64,000 nt of DNA from an uncultured Gemmatimonadales bacterium (GTDB taxonomy: Bacteria > Gemmatimonadota > Gemmatimonadetes > Gemmatimonadales > GWC2-71-9): assembly GCA_963707875.1 (NCBI GenBank), contig CAVPRU010000001.1:209591-273590 (forward strand). Direction: 5' to 3'. Below are positions 39,114 to 47,887 of this stretch, piece after piece. The translations under genes were made by a program, and so were the position numbers. The notes beneath the pieces were generated by a model. The model had not been told where the DNA came from and did not search any database. It saw only the letters and a list, made by a program, of their open reading frames with translations. How positions within the stretch are numbered: position 1 is the stretch's first letter; every line of letters starts with the position of its first letter.

Positions 39114-40142
39114 TCATGAGAGGAGCTGGACCGCGATCCAGGCCACGGCAGCGCTCAGCGGGATGGTGAGGAACCAGGCCCAGAGAATCCGACCAGCCAC
39201 CGCCCACCGCACCGCCGCCAGTCGCTTGCTGGCCCCGACGCCAACGATCGCCCCGGTGATCGTCTGGGTGGTGCTCACCGGTACCCCCAGCGCCGAGGCC
39301 ACCATGATCGTGGCCGCGCCGCCCGTTTCGGCACAGAAGCCGCCGAACGGGGTCAGCTTGGTGATGCCGGTCCCCATGGTCTTGACGATCCGCCAGCCCC
39401 CCGACGCCGTCCCCAGCGCAATCGCCGCGTGCGCGGCCAAGATGATCCACAACGGGACTTCCTCATTGCTGGTGATATGCAAATGCCGGAGAAACCCGGT
39501 CTGATCGGCGAATAGTGCCTGGGCCCCAACCAGCAGGCCCATGATGATCCCCATGGTCTTCTGGGCGTCGTTGGCCCCGTGGCTCAGGGAGTAGAATCCG
39601 GCCGAGACCAGCTGGAGCCGTCGGAAAATCAGGTTCAGGGTCGGAGCCGGCCCGCGCTGGAAGATCCAGGAGAGGGACACGTACATGACCATCGCCAGGA
39701 TCAGTCCCAGAATCGGGGAAGCCACGATCGCGACCAGGGGCTTGATCCAGCCGGCGAGGATCAGTGAGCCGGTCCCGGCCTTGGCAATTGCGGCACCCGC
39801 AAACCCGCCGAGCAGGGCATGGGAGGACGAACTCGGGAGACCCAGCCACCAGGTCATGAGGTCCCAGACGATCGCCCCGATCAGGGCGCCCAGGACCACG
39901 GTCGGGGTAATGGCGGCGGGATCGACCAGCCCCTTGCTGACCGTCTTGGCCACGGCGGTCCCAACGGTAAAGGCGGCGACGAAGTTGAAGAAGGCGGCCC
40001 AGACCACGGCGACCGCCGGGGACAGTACCCGGGTGGAGACCACGGTGGCGATGGAGTTGGCGGCGTCGTGGAACCCGTTGATGAAATCAAAGATCAGCGC
40101 CACGACGATGATCAGCAGAACGAAGGGCAGCGACCCGTCCAC
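39114..40142 (-). CDS. inorganic phosphate transporter, PiT family
   Basis: 342 aa, polytopic, with the duplicated PiT signature GFHDAANSIAT / HGANDAQKTMG. Confidence 0.9.
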   Translation of the reverse strand: MDGSLPFVLLIIVVALIFDFINGFHDAANSIATVVSTRVLSPAVAVVWAAFFNFVAAFTVGTAVAKTVSKGLVDPAAITPTVVLGALIGAIVWDLMTWWLGLPSSSSHALLGGFAGAAIAKAGTGSLILAGWIKPLVAIVASPILGLILAMVMYVSLSWIFQRGPAPTLNLIFRRLQLVSAGFYSLSHGANDAQKTMGIIMGLLVGAQALFADQTGFLRHLHITSNEEVPLWIILAAHAAIALGTASGGWRIVKTMGTGITKLTPFGGFCAETGGAATIMVASALGVPVSTTQTITGAIVGVGASKRLAAVRWAVAGRILWAWFLTIPLSAAVAWIAVQLLS

Positions 40143-40145
40143 GGC

Positions 40146-40766
40146 TCAACCGTGCTTGATGGCGACGGACTCGAGCACGTTCGCCGCATCCTCCGCGGAG
40201 TCCAGCGTCTTCTCGAGGGTGTCGTAGATCTCCTTCCACTTGACGACGTACAGCGCGTCGGTGGCATCGGCGAAGAGCAATCCCAGCCACCGGTGGTACA
40301 GGGCGTCGCCCTCTTCCTCCAGCCGCTTGACCTCTCGGCAGGCGCCGTGAACGACCCGGGCCTTGCCGTCCGCCAGCACCTTGATCGCCGAGAGCAGTTG
40401 CGCGGCAGCGCGCTGAATCACGTCGGCCATGGCCACCGCCCCCTCCGGCGCGTCGCCGAGCTGGAAGATCTGGGACCGACGGGCAATCCCGTCGATCCGG
40501 TCGATAACGTCGTCCAGCCGGGAGGCCAGGATATGGATGTCCTCCCGGTCGAGTGGGGTGATGAACGAGCGGTCCAGCCGGGTGACCACGCTGTGGGTGA
40601 CATCGTCGGCCTGTCGTTCCAGCCGCTTGATGGCCGAGGCAATCGCCTCGCGCCTGGACGGCTCGGCGGCGAGCAGGTCACGGAGCAGCCCGGCGGAATC
40701 AACCATGATGGTCGCCGACTGGGTGAACAACTCGAAGAACACGTCGTTGCGCGGGAGCAAACGCAT
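40146..40766 (-). CDS. DUF47 / PhoU-like phosphate transport regulator
   Basis: 206 aa. The opening MRLLPRNDVFFELF, REDIHILASRLDDVID and the KEIYDTLE..LD tail are typical of the Pit-accessory DUF47 family. It lies directly upstream of pit. Confidence 0.85.
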   Translation of the reverse strand: MRLLPRNDVFFELFTQSATIMVDSAGLLRDLLAAEPSRREAIASAIKRLERQADDVTHSVVTRLDRSFITPLDREDIHILASRLDDVIDRIDGIARRSQIFQLGDAPEGAVAMADVIQRAAAQLLSAIKVLADGKARVVHGACREVKRLEEEGDALYHRWLGLLFADATDALYVVKWKEIYDTLEKTLDSAEDAANVLESVAIKHG

Positions 40767-40792
40767 CGAGGAAACGCCTTCGGTGAGGACGC

Positions 40793-41083
40793 CTAGTAGG
40801 CGCCGCGAAGTGAATGAGTGGGCTCGGCCATCGTGTGCACTACCGCCAGGAACCGCTTGGCCAGCCGGTCGAGTTCACTCTCCCCCGGCTGGTTGGTCTC
40901 GACCGTGACGAGGGTGTAGTGCCCGCCCTCGGCCACGACCGCCACCGTCAGCGCCCCGAGGACCCCGGTAAAGGCGCGCCGCCGGGGGCCCTCCTCCACC
41001 GGCGTGAGGCGACCGCCAAAGAAGGCGATGACCTGCCCCATGACCGCGTCGGGCGACACCGACGTCCGGTGAAAGTACTTCAT
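40793..41083 (-). CDS. small hypothetical protein (96 aa)
   Basis: Start at ATG 41083 (MKYFHRTSVSPDAVMGQVIAFFGG...), 1 nt after the inositol-3-phosphate synthase stop. I recognise no motif. Confidence 0.5.
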   Translation of the reverse strand: MKYFHRTSVSPDAVMGQVIAFFGGRLTPVEEGPRRRAFTGVLGALTVAVVAEGGHYTLVTVETNQPGESELDRLAKRFLAVVHTMAEPTHSLRGAY

Positions 41084-41084
41084 C

Positions 41085-42419
41085 TCAATCCTGGCCGTAG
41101 TCGTAGTACTCGACCCCGAGGTGGGTAATCTGGTCCTCACCCATGAGGTAGCGAAGCGTGTTCTTGAGCTTGGTCTGCTGAATGAACAGATCATGTTCCG
41201 GGTAGAGCCCCGGGGCCACCTGGGGGCTCTTGAAGTAGAACGAGAGCCACTCCTGCACCCCGATCATCCCGCAGCGCTGCGCCAGGTCGAAGAACAGCGC
41301 CAGATCAAGCACCAGCGGGGCGGCCAGAATGGAGTCCCGGCACAGGAAATCGACCTTGAGCTGCATCGGATACCCGAGCCAGCCGAAGATGTCGATGTTG
41401 TCCCACCCCTCCTTGTTGTCCTTCCGGGGCGGGTAGTAGTTGATCCGGACCTTGTGGTAGATCTCGCCGTACAGCTCAGGATGCATCTTCGGCTGGAGGA
41501 TGTGCTCCAGCACGCCAAGCTTGGATTCCTCTTTCGTCTTGAAGCTCTCCGGGTCGTCCAGCACCTCGCCATCCCGATTGCCGAGGATGTTGGTGGAGTA
41601 CCAGCCGGCCAGCCCCAGCATCCGGGCCTTGAGCATCGGGGCGAGGACCGTCTTGACCATGGTCTGGCCGGTCTTGAAGTCCTTGCCGCCGATCGCCACC
41701 CGCCTGGCCTTGGCCAACTCCACCATCGCCGGGAAGTCGCACGACAGGTTGGGAGCCCCGTTGGCGAAGGGCACCCCCTCCATGAGCGCTGCCCAGGCGT
41801 AGAGCATGGACGGGGCAATGGCATCGTCATTGGCTGCCATCCCGGCCTCGAACGCGGCCAGTGTCTGGTGCACCGGCCCCGGCGCGATGAACACTTCCGT
41901 GCTGGCGCACCAGACGACGACCAGTCGATCGCAGCCATTGGCCTGCTTGAAGTTCCGGATGTCCTCCCGGAGCGCTTCGGCCAGGTCCCGCTTGGACTTG
42001 CCCTGTTTGACGTTGGGACCCGAGAGCCGCTTGACGTAGCGCTGGTCGAACACCGCCGGCATCGGCTTGATGCCCTTGAGGAACTCCGCGATCGGGGCGA
42101 TGTGCTCATGCTTGTCCAGCACCCCAGCGGTCAGGGCCGACTGGTGGGCGTCATCCGCGATCGGGTCCCACGCCCCGAACACCAGATCGTCCAGGCCGGC
42201 GAGCGGTATGAAGTCCTTGATCAGGGGCGACCGACCCTCGGTCCGTTTGCCGAGCCGGATGGTCGCCATCTGGGTCAGCGAACCGACCGGGACCCCCAGT
42301 CCGCGACGAGTGTTCTCCACGCCGGCCATGAACGTGGTGGTCACGGCGCCGAGACCCACACACAGAACCCCGAGTTTTCCCTTGGCCGGGGCGATGGTGC
42401 CACTGAACGTTTTGGTCAC
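41085..42419 (-). CDS. inositol-3-phosphate synthase (myo-inositol-1-phosphate synthase)
   Basis: 444 aa. It has the N-terminal Rossmann segment GVLCVGLGAVTTT, the conserved central block NGAPNLS...GKDFKTGQT.VK..LAPM and the C-terminal LCRDSILAAPLVLDL pattern of bacterial/archaeal MIPS. Confidence 0.88.
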   Translation of the reverse strand: MTKTFSGTIAPAKGKLGVLCVGLGAVTTTFMAGVENTRRGLGVPVGSLTQMATIRLGKRTEGRSPLIKDFIPLAGLDDLVFGAWDPIADDAHQSALTAGVLDKHEHIAPIAEFLKGIKPMPAVFDQRYVKRLSGPNVKQGKSKRDLAEALREDIRNFKQANGCDRLVVVWCASTEVFIAPGPVHQTLAAFEAGMAANDDAIAPSMLYAWAALMEGVPFANGAPNLSCDFPAMVELAKARRVAIGGKDFKTGQTMVKTVLAPMLKARMLGLAGWYSTNILGNRDGEVLDDPESFKTKEESKLGVLEHILQPKMHPELYGEIYHKVRINYYPPRKDNKEGWDNIDIFGWLGYPMQLKVDFLCRDSILAAPLVLDLALFFDLAQRCGMIGVQEWLSFYFKSPQVAPGLYPEHDLFIQQTKLKNTLRYLMGEDQITHLGVEYYDYGQD

Positions 42420-42457
42420 AACCTCAGTCCTTTTCAGAGTGAACGGGAACCGGTGAC

Positions 42458-43108
42458 TCAGCCGCGGTCGGCGGCGGTCACCTGGTAGACATGATGAAAT
42501 CGTTGTACCACGGTCACGGCGGACCCGAGCGCCAGAAGCGCCACGATCCCCAGCAGCAGCCGCCCACCGGGCCCCGGACCGGCCAACAGAGCCGGCACCC
42601 CGAGCAGCAGAATCCGCTCCGCCCGCTGGATGACCCCGACTTTACACTCGATCCCCAGACCCTCCGCCCGGGCCCGGGCATAGGACACCAGCAGGGACAG
42701 GAGAACGGCCAGCATGCAGAACACCACCCCTACCACCGGCAGGTGGATCCCTGGGGTTGTCAACAGGTAGACCGCAATTCCGATGAAGGTGGCGCCATCC
42801 CCCACCCGATCCAGGGTCGAATCGTAGAATGCCCCGAACCGAGTGGCCTGCCCCGAGGAGCGCGCCACCTGGCCGTCGAGCGTGTCGATCACGCCGCTCA
42901 GCACCAGCAGCCCCCCCCCGAGCCGAATCCACCCGGTCCCGAAGGCCACCGCACTCAACACCACGAACACGGCCCCGACGGTGGTGATCTGGTTGGGTGT
43001 GACCCTCGACCGGATCAACAGGTTGGAGAGCGGCTGGGTCAGGCCATGGTAAACCCGCTGAGCACTTGCCCGGACGACTTCCACGATGCAGCCTGCACTC
43101 CCGATCAT
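42458..43108 (-). CDS. CDP-alcohol phosphatidyltransferase
   Basis: Start at ATG 43108, 216 aa, several TM helices. The family motif DTLDGQVARSSGQATRFGAFYDSTLDRVGD matches D-x2-DG-x2-AR...G-x3-D-x3-D. Confidence 0.85.
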   Translation of the reverse strand: MIGSAGCIVEVVRASAQRVYHGLTQPLSNLLIRSRVTPNQITTVGAVFVVLSAVAFGTGWIRLGGGLLVLSGVIDTLDGQVARSSGQATRFGAFYDSTLDRVGDGATFIGIAVYLLTTPGIHLPVVGVVFCMLAVLLSLLVSYARARAEGLGIECKVGVIQRAERILLLGVPALLAGPGPGGRLLLGIVALLALGSAVTVVQRFHHVYQVTAADRG

Positions 43109-43202
43109 TGGAGGGAGACCCGGAATCCCGGGCCCGGAGCCGGGAATGATACCCGTTTCGGGGGGAGTGGAGCAAACCGGCAACCCTATCCCGGGGACGA
43201 GG

Positions 43203-44435
43203 TTACGGGTAGAGCATCGCGCGGGCACGGCGCCGGCTGAACTGGAGCTGGTCCGAGGCCCATGAGGCCACGATCGCAGCGGGCGCCTCCCCTCGCGCCA
43301 GCGCCTCCCGCAGGGCGGGGCCACCGGCCAGTCGATCAAACCGGGGAGGGTCAATGCCGATCCGGTCGGGATGCACCTGCTTGATGGCATCGAGCAGCAC
43401 CAAGGCAGCCAGGACCGGATCATACCGGTCGGGATCGGTGGTCACCAGTCGGAGCCCCGGAACGGTTGTGTCGGCGAATTTCCCGTCGCCGGGCCGGCGA
43501 GGCGTGAAGACCACCGATTGAAACCGCACCCCCGTCAGGTGGGCGCCCCGAACCCGGCGGAGCACCGCCGTCGTATCCAGCCATGGCGCCCCGATCTGCC
43601 GGAAGGATGCCTCCGTCCCCCGGCCCACCGACAGCGCCGTGGCCTCGAACAGGCACAGCCCTGGATAGTGGAACAGGGCCTCCAGGTCCCTCAGGTTGGG
43701 ACTGGGAGGCACAAACGGCAGGCCGGTCTGATCGAAGGATTGAGTCCGCCGCCAGCCCGCGGCGGGCACCACGGCGACCACGGTCCGCAGGCCCAGATCC
43801 TCTCCGGCCAGAAGGGCCAGTTCCCCGAGTGTCATCCCATGGCGCATGGGAATGGCGAGCCGGCCCACCGGCGAGGCGAAGGCGGTGTCCAGGACGTTCC
43901 CCTGCACCCGTCCCCCGATCGGATTGGGCCGATCGAGGATCAGCACCCGCTTGCCGGCCGCGCCGGCGGCACGCATCACCTCGACCGTGGTCGCCAGCCA
44001 GGTGAAGTACCGGGCACCGACATCCTGCAGGTCGATCAGCACGACGTCGACCTGCTCGAGCACCTCCGGGGACGGAGCCATGCTCCGGCCATAGAGGCTG
44101 TAGATTGGAAGACCGGTGGTCGGGTCGCTGGTGCTCGCGACGGCCTCACCAGGGGCCGCGGCTCCCCGAAAGCCGTGCTCGGGGCTGAACAGCGCCGTCA
44201 ACCGCACCCCGGCGGCCAGCAGCAGATCCACTCCGCTGACCCCGTGCCGGTCGACACCGGACTGGTTGGACACCAATCCGACCCGGGCCCCGCGGACCAG
44301 ATGGAGACTGTCCTGGAGCAGCACTTCGAGCCCGCTCCGGACCGGAGCGGGCGAAACGGCAGTCGGCGCGACCCCATGGCAACCCAACACCCAGGGCAGC
44401 ACGCTCAGCCCCAACCGAAAGACCCGCGAATGCAT
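43203..44435 (-). CDS. DUF1343-family protein (NamZ/YbbC-like exo-beta-N-acetylmuramidase), lipoprotein
   Basis: 410 aa with a signal peptide and lipobox (WVLGC). GLVSNQSGVD...LFSPEHGFRG...IDLQDVGARYFT is typical of DUF1343. Confidence 0.8.
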   Translation of the reverse strand: MHSRVFRLGLSVLPWVLGCHGVAPTAVSPAPVRSGLEVLLQDSLHLVRGARVGLVSNQSGVDRHGVSGVDLLLAAGVRLTALFSPEHGFRGAAAPGEAVASTSDPTTGLPIYSLYGRSMAPSPEVLEQVDVVLIDLQDVGARYFTWLATTVEVMRAAGAAGKRVLILDRPNPIGGRVQGNVLDTAFASPVGRLAIPMRHGMTLGELALLAGEDLGLRTVVAVVPAAGWRRTQSFDQTGLPFVPPSPNLRDLEALFHYPGLCLFEATALSVGRGTEASFRQIGAPWLDTTAVLRRVRGAHLTGVRFQSVVFTPRRPGDGKFADTTVPGLRLVTTDPDRYDPVLAALVLLDAIKQVHPDRIGIDPPRFDRLAGGPALREALARGEAPAAIVASWASDQLQFSRRRARAMLYP

Positions 44436-46151
44436 CGGCTTCAGTTCCTCTCCTGCCTCTGGTTGATCGGGCTCGGGCTCCCGCTGTCAGGGGCGGCCGC
44501 ACAGCCTGCACCCTCGAGGGTGGATGGCTGGCTCCGGACCATGACCGTCCGGGAGAAGGCGGCCCAGTTGATCATGCCGTGGGTGACCGGTGCCTGGGCG
44601 GCCTGGGACGACTCCACCCTGGCCAGCACGGTGCGGCTGGTGGATTCCCTGGGGGTCGGCGGCGTGGTGATCTCGATCGGCACTCCGGGCGACGTCGTTC
44701 TCAAGCTCAACCACCTTCAGCGCCAGGCGCGGACCCCGCTCCTGGTCGCCGCCGACTTCGAGTACGGCACCGCCTTCCGGCTGGCGGGGGGCACCGGATT
44801 CCCCACCAATATGGGGGTGGGCGCCTCGGGGAGCGAAGCAGACGCCTACGCGATGGGCCGGATCCTCGCGGAGGAGGGCCGCGCCCTCGGGGTCCACATC
44901 GGCTTCACCCCGGTGGCCGACGTCAACAACAATCCCGACAACCCGATCATCAATACCCGGAGCTTCGGGGGCGACCCCTCCCTGGTGGGCCGGCTGGTGG
45001 CCGCCCAGATCCGCGGGATGCAGGACCATGGCATGATCGCCACGGCCAAGCACTTTCCCGGTCATGGCGACACCGGCACGGACTCGCACATCGGCTTGCC
45101 GATCGTGACCGCCGACTGGACCCGGCTCAGCCAGACCGAACTGGCGCCGTTTCGCGCTGCCGTGGCCGCCGGGGTTGGCGCCATCATGTCGGCGCACGTG
45201 GCCCTGCCGGCGATCGACTCGGGTCGGATCCGGCCGGCAACCATGGTCCCGGAGATCCTGACCGGGATGCTCCGCGACTCGCTCGGGTTCCACGGCCTGA
45301 TCGTCACCGATGCCCTCGACATGGGCGGGGTAATCAACGGATATGGCCGAGATGAGGCGGCGGTCCAGGCGCTGCTGGCCGGAGCCGACATCCTGCTGAT
45401 GCCACCCGATCCGGTGGCAGCGGTCGAGGCCATCGCGAACGCGGTGGTGGATGGCAGGGTCTCCGAGGCCCGGCTCGACGCCTCGGTCCGTCGGCTGCTC
45501 ATCCTCAAGGAACGGCTCGGTCTGTTTCAGCGACGGACCGTGGACCCGGACAAACTCGGTGAGGTCATGGCCCGCCGCGCCTTCGTCGAGGCCGCGGACA
45601 GTGCCAGCACCCGCTCGCTGGTACTGCTTCGGGATGCGGATGGAGTGATCTCAGCCCTGCAGGCGGGACCGCGGCGGGTCACCCTCGTCAGCTATGGAGA
45701 GTCCAACTGGGCCACGGCTGGAATCACCCTGGCTGGAGAGCTCCGCCGCCAGGGCCACCAAGTCACCAGCCTCCGGCTCTCGCCGGCGAGTGGCCCGGCC
45801 AGCTACGACTCCGCGGCCCGCGCCATGTCCCCCGGCGGCATCACCCTGGTGGCCGCCTCGGTGCGGGTCGCTTCCGGCAAGGGCGCAGTGGTGATGCCCG
45901 ACCCACTCGAGGCCCTCATCTCCCACGCCGATCAGACCGGCCCCACGCTGCTGATCTCGCTCGGTTCACCATACCTGATTCGCCAGGTCCCGACGGTCTC
46001 CGGTTTCCTGCTCGGCTGGACGAGCACGCCTTCGATCGAGCGGGCGGTCGCTGCCGCGCTCCGGGGCGCGCCGATCACCGGACGGCTGCCGGTCGAGATC
46101 CCTCCGAACTGGCCGATCGGAGCTGGCCTCACCGCGAAGGCTCGTCCGTGA
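44430..46151 (+). CDS. glycoside hydrolase family 3 beta-N-acetylhexosaminidase (NagZ/YbbD-like), secreted
   Basis: Start at ATG 44430 (MHRLQFLSCLWLIGLGLPLSGAAAQ, a signal peptide). It carries GH3 motifs: KHFPGHGDTGTDSH and VTDALDMGG. Length is 573 aa. The track ORF carries a 353-codon spurious 5' extension. Confidence 0.88.
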   Translation: MHRLQFLSCLWLIGLGLPLSGAAAQPAPSRVDGWLRTMTVREKAAQLIMPWVTGAWAAWDDSTLASTVRLVDSLGVGGVVISIGTPGDVVLKLNHLQRQARTPLLVAADFEYGTAFRLAGGTGFPTNMGVGASGSEADAYAMGRILAEEGRALGVHIGFTPVADVNNNPDNPIINTRSFGGDPSLVGRLVAAQIRGMQDHGMIATAKHFPGHGDTGTDSHIGLPIVTADWTRLSQTELAPFRAAVAAGVGAIMSAHVALPAIDSGRIRPATMVPEILTGMLRDSLGFHGLIVTDALDMGGVINGYGRDEAAVQALLAGADILLMPPDPVAAVEAIANAVVDGRVSEARLDASVRRLLILKERLGLFQRRTVDPDKLGEVMARRAFVEAADSASTRSLVLLRDADGVISALQAGPRRVTLVSYGESNWATAGITLAGELRRQGHQVTSLRLSPASGPASYDSAARAMSPGGITLVAASVRVASGKGAVVMPDPLEALISHADQTGPTLLISLGSPYLIRQVPTVSGFLLGWTSTPSIERAVAAALRGAPITGRLPVEIPPNWPIGAGLTAKARP

Positions 46152-47326
46152 AACCGGGGCACCTGTCGCTCCTGCTCGCCGGGACGATGGCCTGCGCCCG
46201 GGGTCCGTCTCCCGCCCCGACCCCTCGCTGTGATGCCGGCCGGTGCGACTGGTCCGGGCTGACCAGTCTGGTCGATTCGGCGGTGGTGGCCGAGGCGGCC
46301 CCCGGGGTCGTGGTCGCGATCAGCGTCCGGGGAGGTCGATTCATCTACGGGACCGGACGGACCGGGCTTGATGACCTGACGGTGCCCGGCCCTCGCACAG
46401 TCTATGATCTCGCCTCGCTGACAAAGGTCGTTGCCCTCACCACCGGCATCATGTTCGCGGTGGACGAAGGTCGGCTCACCCTCGACACACCCGCCAGGTT
46501 CTGGGTTCCGGAATTTGCCGGGCCCGGCAAGGACCAGGTCACCCTCCGTCATCTGCTGACCCACACCAGTGGACTGCCGCCTTTCCGGAGGCTGTGGCTG
46601 GAGACCGCGACCGCGGCGGAGGCGCGGGACACGATCCTGGCGACCCCGCTCGACACCGTGCCCGGGAGCCGGACCAGCTACTCCGATCTCGGGGCCATCC
46701 TGTTGACCTGGGTGCTGGAGCGCAGCTACGGCACCCGAATTGACTCCCTGCTGGAGCAGCGCCTCTTCGGCCCGCTTGGCATGCACTCCACCCGCTACCA
46801 GCCGCCGCCCACCTGGAGTCGGGGCATCGCGCCAACCGAAGATGATCCTTGGCGCGGTCATGTCCTCCGGGGCGAAGTCCACGATGAGAACGCGGCCTGG
46901 CTGGGTGGCGTGTCCGGCCACGCCGGGCTGTTCAGCACCGCCGGGGATCTGCTCACCTTCGGGGAATGGCTGCTGAGCGGCCTCACCCCGAGCGGTACCA
47001 ACGGCGCTGATCACCGCTGGCCGGTGCCAGCCCCGCACGCCTTGCCGTCGTTTGTCGTCCCCCAGCACCTGGTGGCGGAATCGAGTCGGGCGCTGGGATG
47101 GGACACCCCCTCGGAGGGAAGCAGCGCCGGGACCAGGCTCGGCCCGCGCAGCTTCGGGCATACCGGGTACACCGGAACTTCGATCTGGATCGACCCGGAT
47201 CGCGCCCTGGTGGTGGTGCTGTTGACCAACCGGGTGCATCCGACCCGGGACAACCCACGGCTGGCCCCGCTCCGGCCCGCCGTGGCCGACCGGGTTGTCG
47301 AGATTGTGGACCGCCCGGCCCGATAA
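46148..47326 (+). CDS. beta-lactamase-fold serine hydrolase (AmiE/YbbE-like candidate)
   Basis: 392 aa with SxxK (ASLTK), YSD(L)G and GHTGYTGT motifs. It forms a GTGA overlap with the GH3 gene. Confidence 0.75.
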   Translation: MKPGHLSLLLAGTMACARGPSPAPTPRCDAGRCDWSGLTSLVDSAVVAEAAPGVVVAISVRGGRFIYGTGRTGLDDLTVPGPRTVYDLASLTKVVALTTGIMFAVDEGRLTLDTPARFWVPEFAGPGKDQVTLRHLLTHTSGLPPFRRLWLETATAAEARDTILATPLDTVPGSRTSYSDLGAILLTWVLERSYGTRIDSLLEQRLFGPLGMHSTRYQPPPTWSRGIAPTEDDPWRGHVLRGEVHDENAAWLGGVSGHAGLFSTAGDLLTFGEWLLSGLTPSGTNGADHRWPVPAPHALPSFVVPQHLVAESSRALGWDTPSEGSSAGTRLGPRSFGHTGYTGTSIWIDPDRALVVVLLTNRVHPTRDNPRLAPLRPAVADRVVEIVDRPAR

Positions 47327-47432
47327 TCGGTCTCCGGGAACCCCTCGACCGGAGGAAATGTTGATCTGTCGGGCCCTGAGGCCCTACTTTACAGGGACTG
47401 CGGCAATGGAGCCGCCCAGCACGGAGTTCGTC

Positions 47433-47795
47433 ATGACAGTTGGCCAGCAGGACACCACCGGGATTCAGCTCACCCTGACGGAGCCGGCCGCGGTCGAGGT
47501 CCGGAAGTTCATTGCCGCCGAGCAGGTGTCACCTGATGTAGCGGGTCTCCGGGTTGCCGTGCTTCCGGGCGGGTGCTCAGGATTCAAGTACAGTCTCAAC
47601 ATCGAGGAGCAGGCCCAGGAGGATGACCACGTGTTCGAGGTCGCCGGGGTCCGGCTGTTTGTGGATGGTTTCAGCCTCCAGTATCTGTCCGGGGTCACGA
47701 TCGATTACGTGACCTCGATGCAGGGTTCGGGCTTCACCTTCAGCAATCCCAACGCCACCGGCGGATGCGGTTGCGGCAGTTCGTTCACGGCCTGA
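47433..47795 (+). CDS. erpA: iron-sulfur cluster insertion protein (HesB/IscA/ErpA family)
   Basis: GCSGFKY is present, with a C-terminal NPNATGGCGCGSSF. The start is ATG 47433 or possibly 47406; the track ORF starts far too early. Confidence 0.88.
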   Translation: MTVGQQDTTGIQLTLTEPAAVEVRKFIAAEQVSPDVAGLRVAVLPGGCSGFKYSLNIEEQAQEDDHVFEVAGVRLFVDGFSLQYLSGVTIDYVTSMQGSGFTFSNPNATGGCGCGSSFTA

Positions 47796-47839
47796 CATGA
47801 TCCTCCGCCGGGCTCATCAGGCCCGTCGGCCCCTTCCCC

Positions 47840-47870
47840 GCGACGGGCGGCCCTGGTGGCCGCCCGTCGC
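47840..47870 (+). terminator. perfect 13-bp GC stem-loop downstream of erpA (U-tract-less terminator or structural element)
   Basis: GCGACGGGCGGCC(47840-47852)-ctggt-GGCCGCCCGTCGC(47858-47870). It lies 45 nt after the erpA stop and 18 nt before the symporter TTG start. Confidence 0.45.
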
Positions 47871-47887
47871 TGCGTGAGGGCCAGCCC

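Noticed and set aside
43109-43202. Small hairpins (CCCG-ttt-CGGG and CCGGAATCCCGG) in the namZ / CDP-alcohol transferase gap, considered as terminators
   Set aside because: The stems are 4-5 bp in GC-rich sequence, which is expected by chance.
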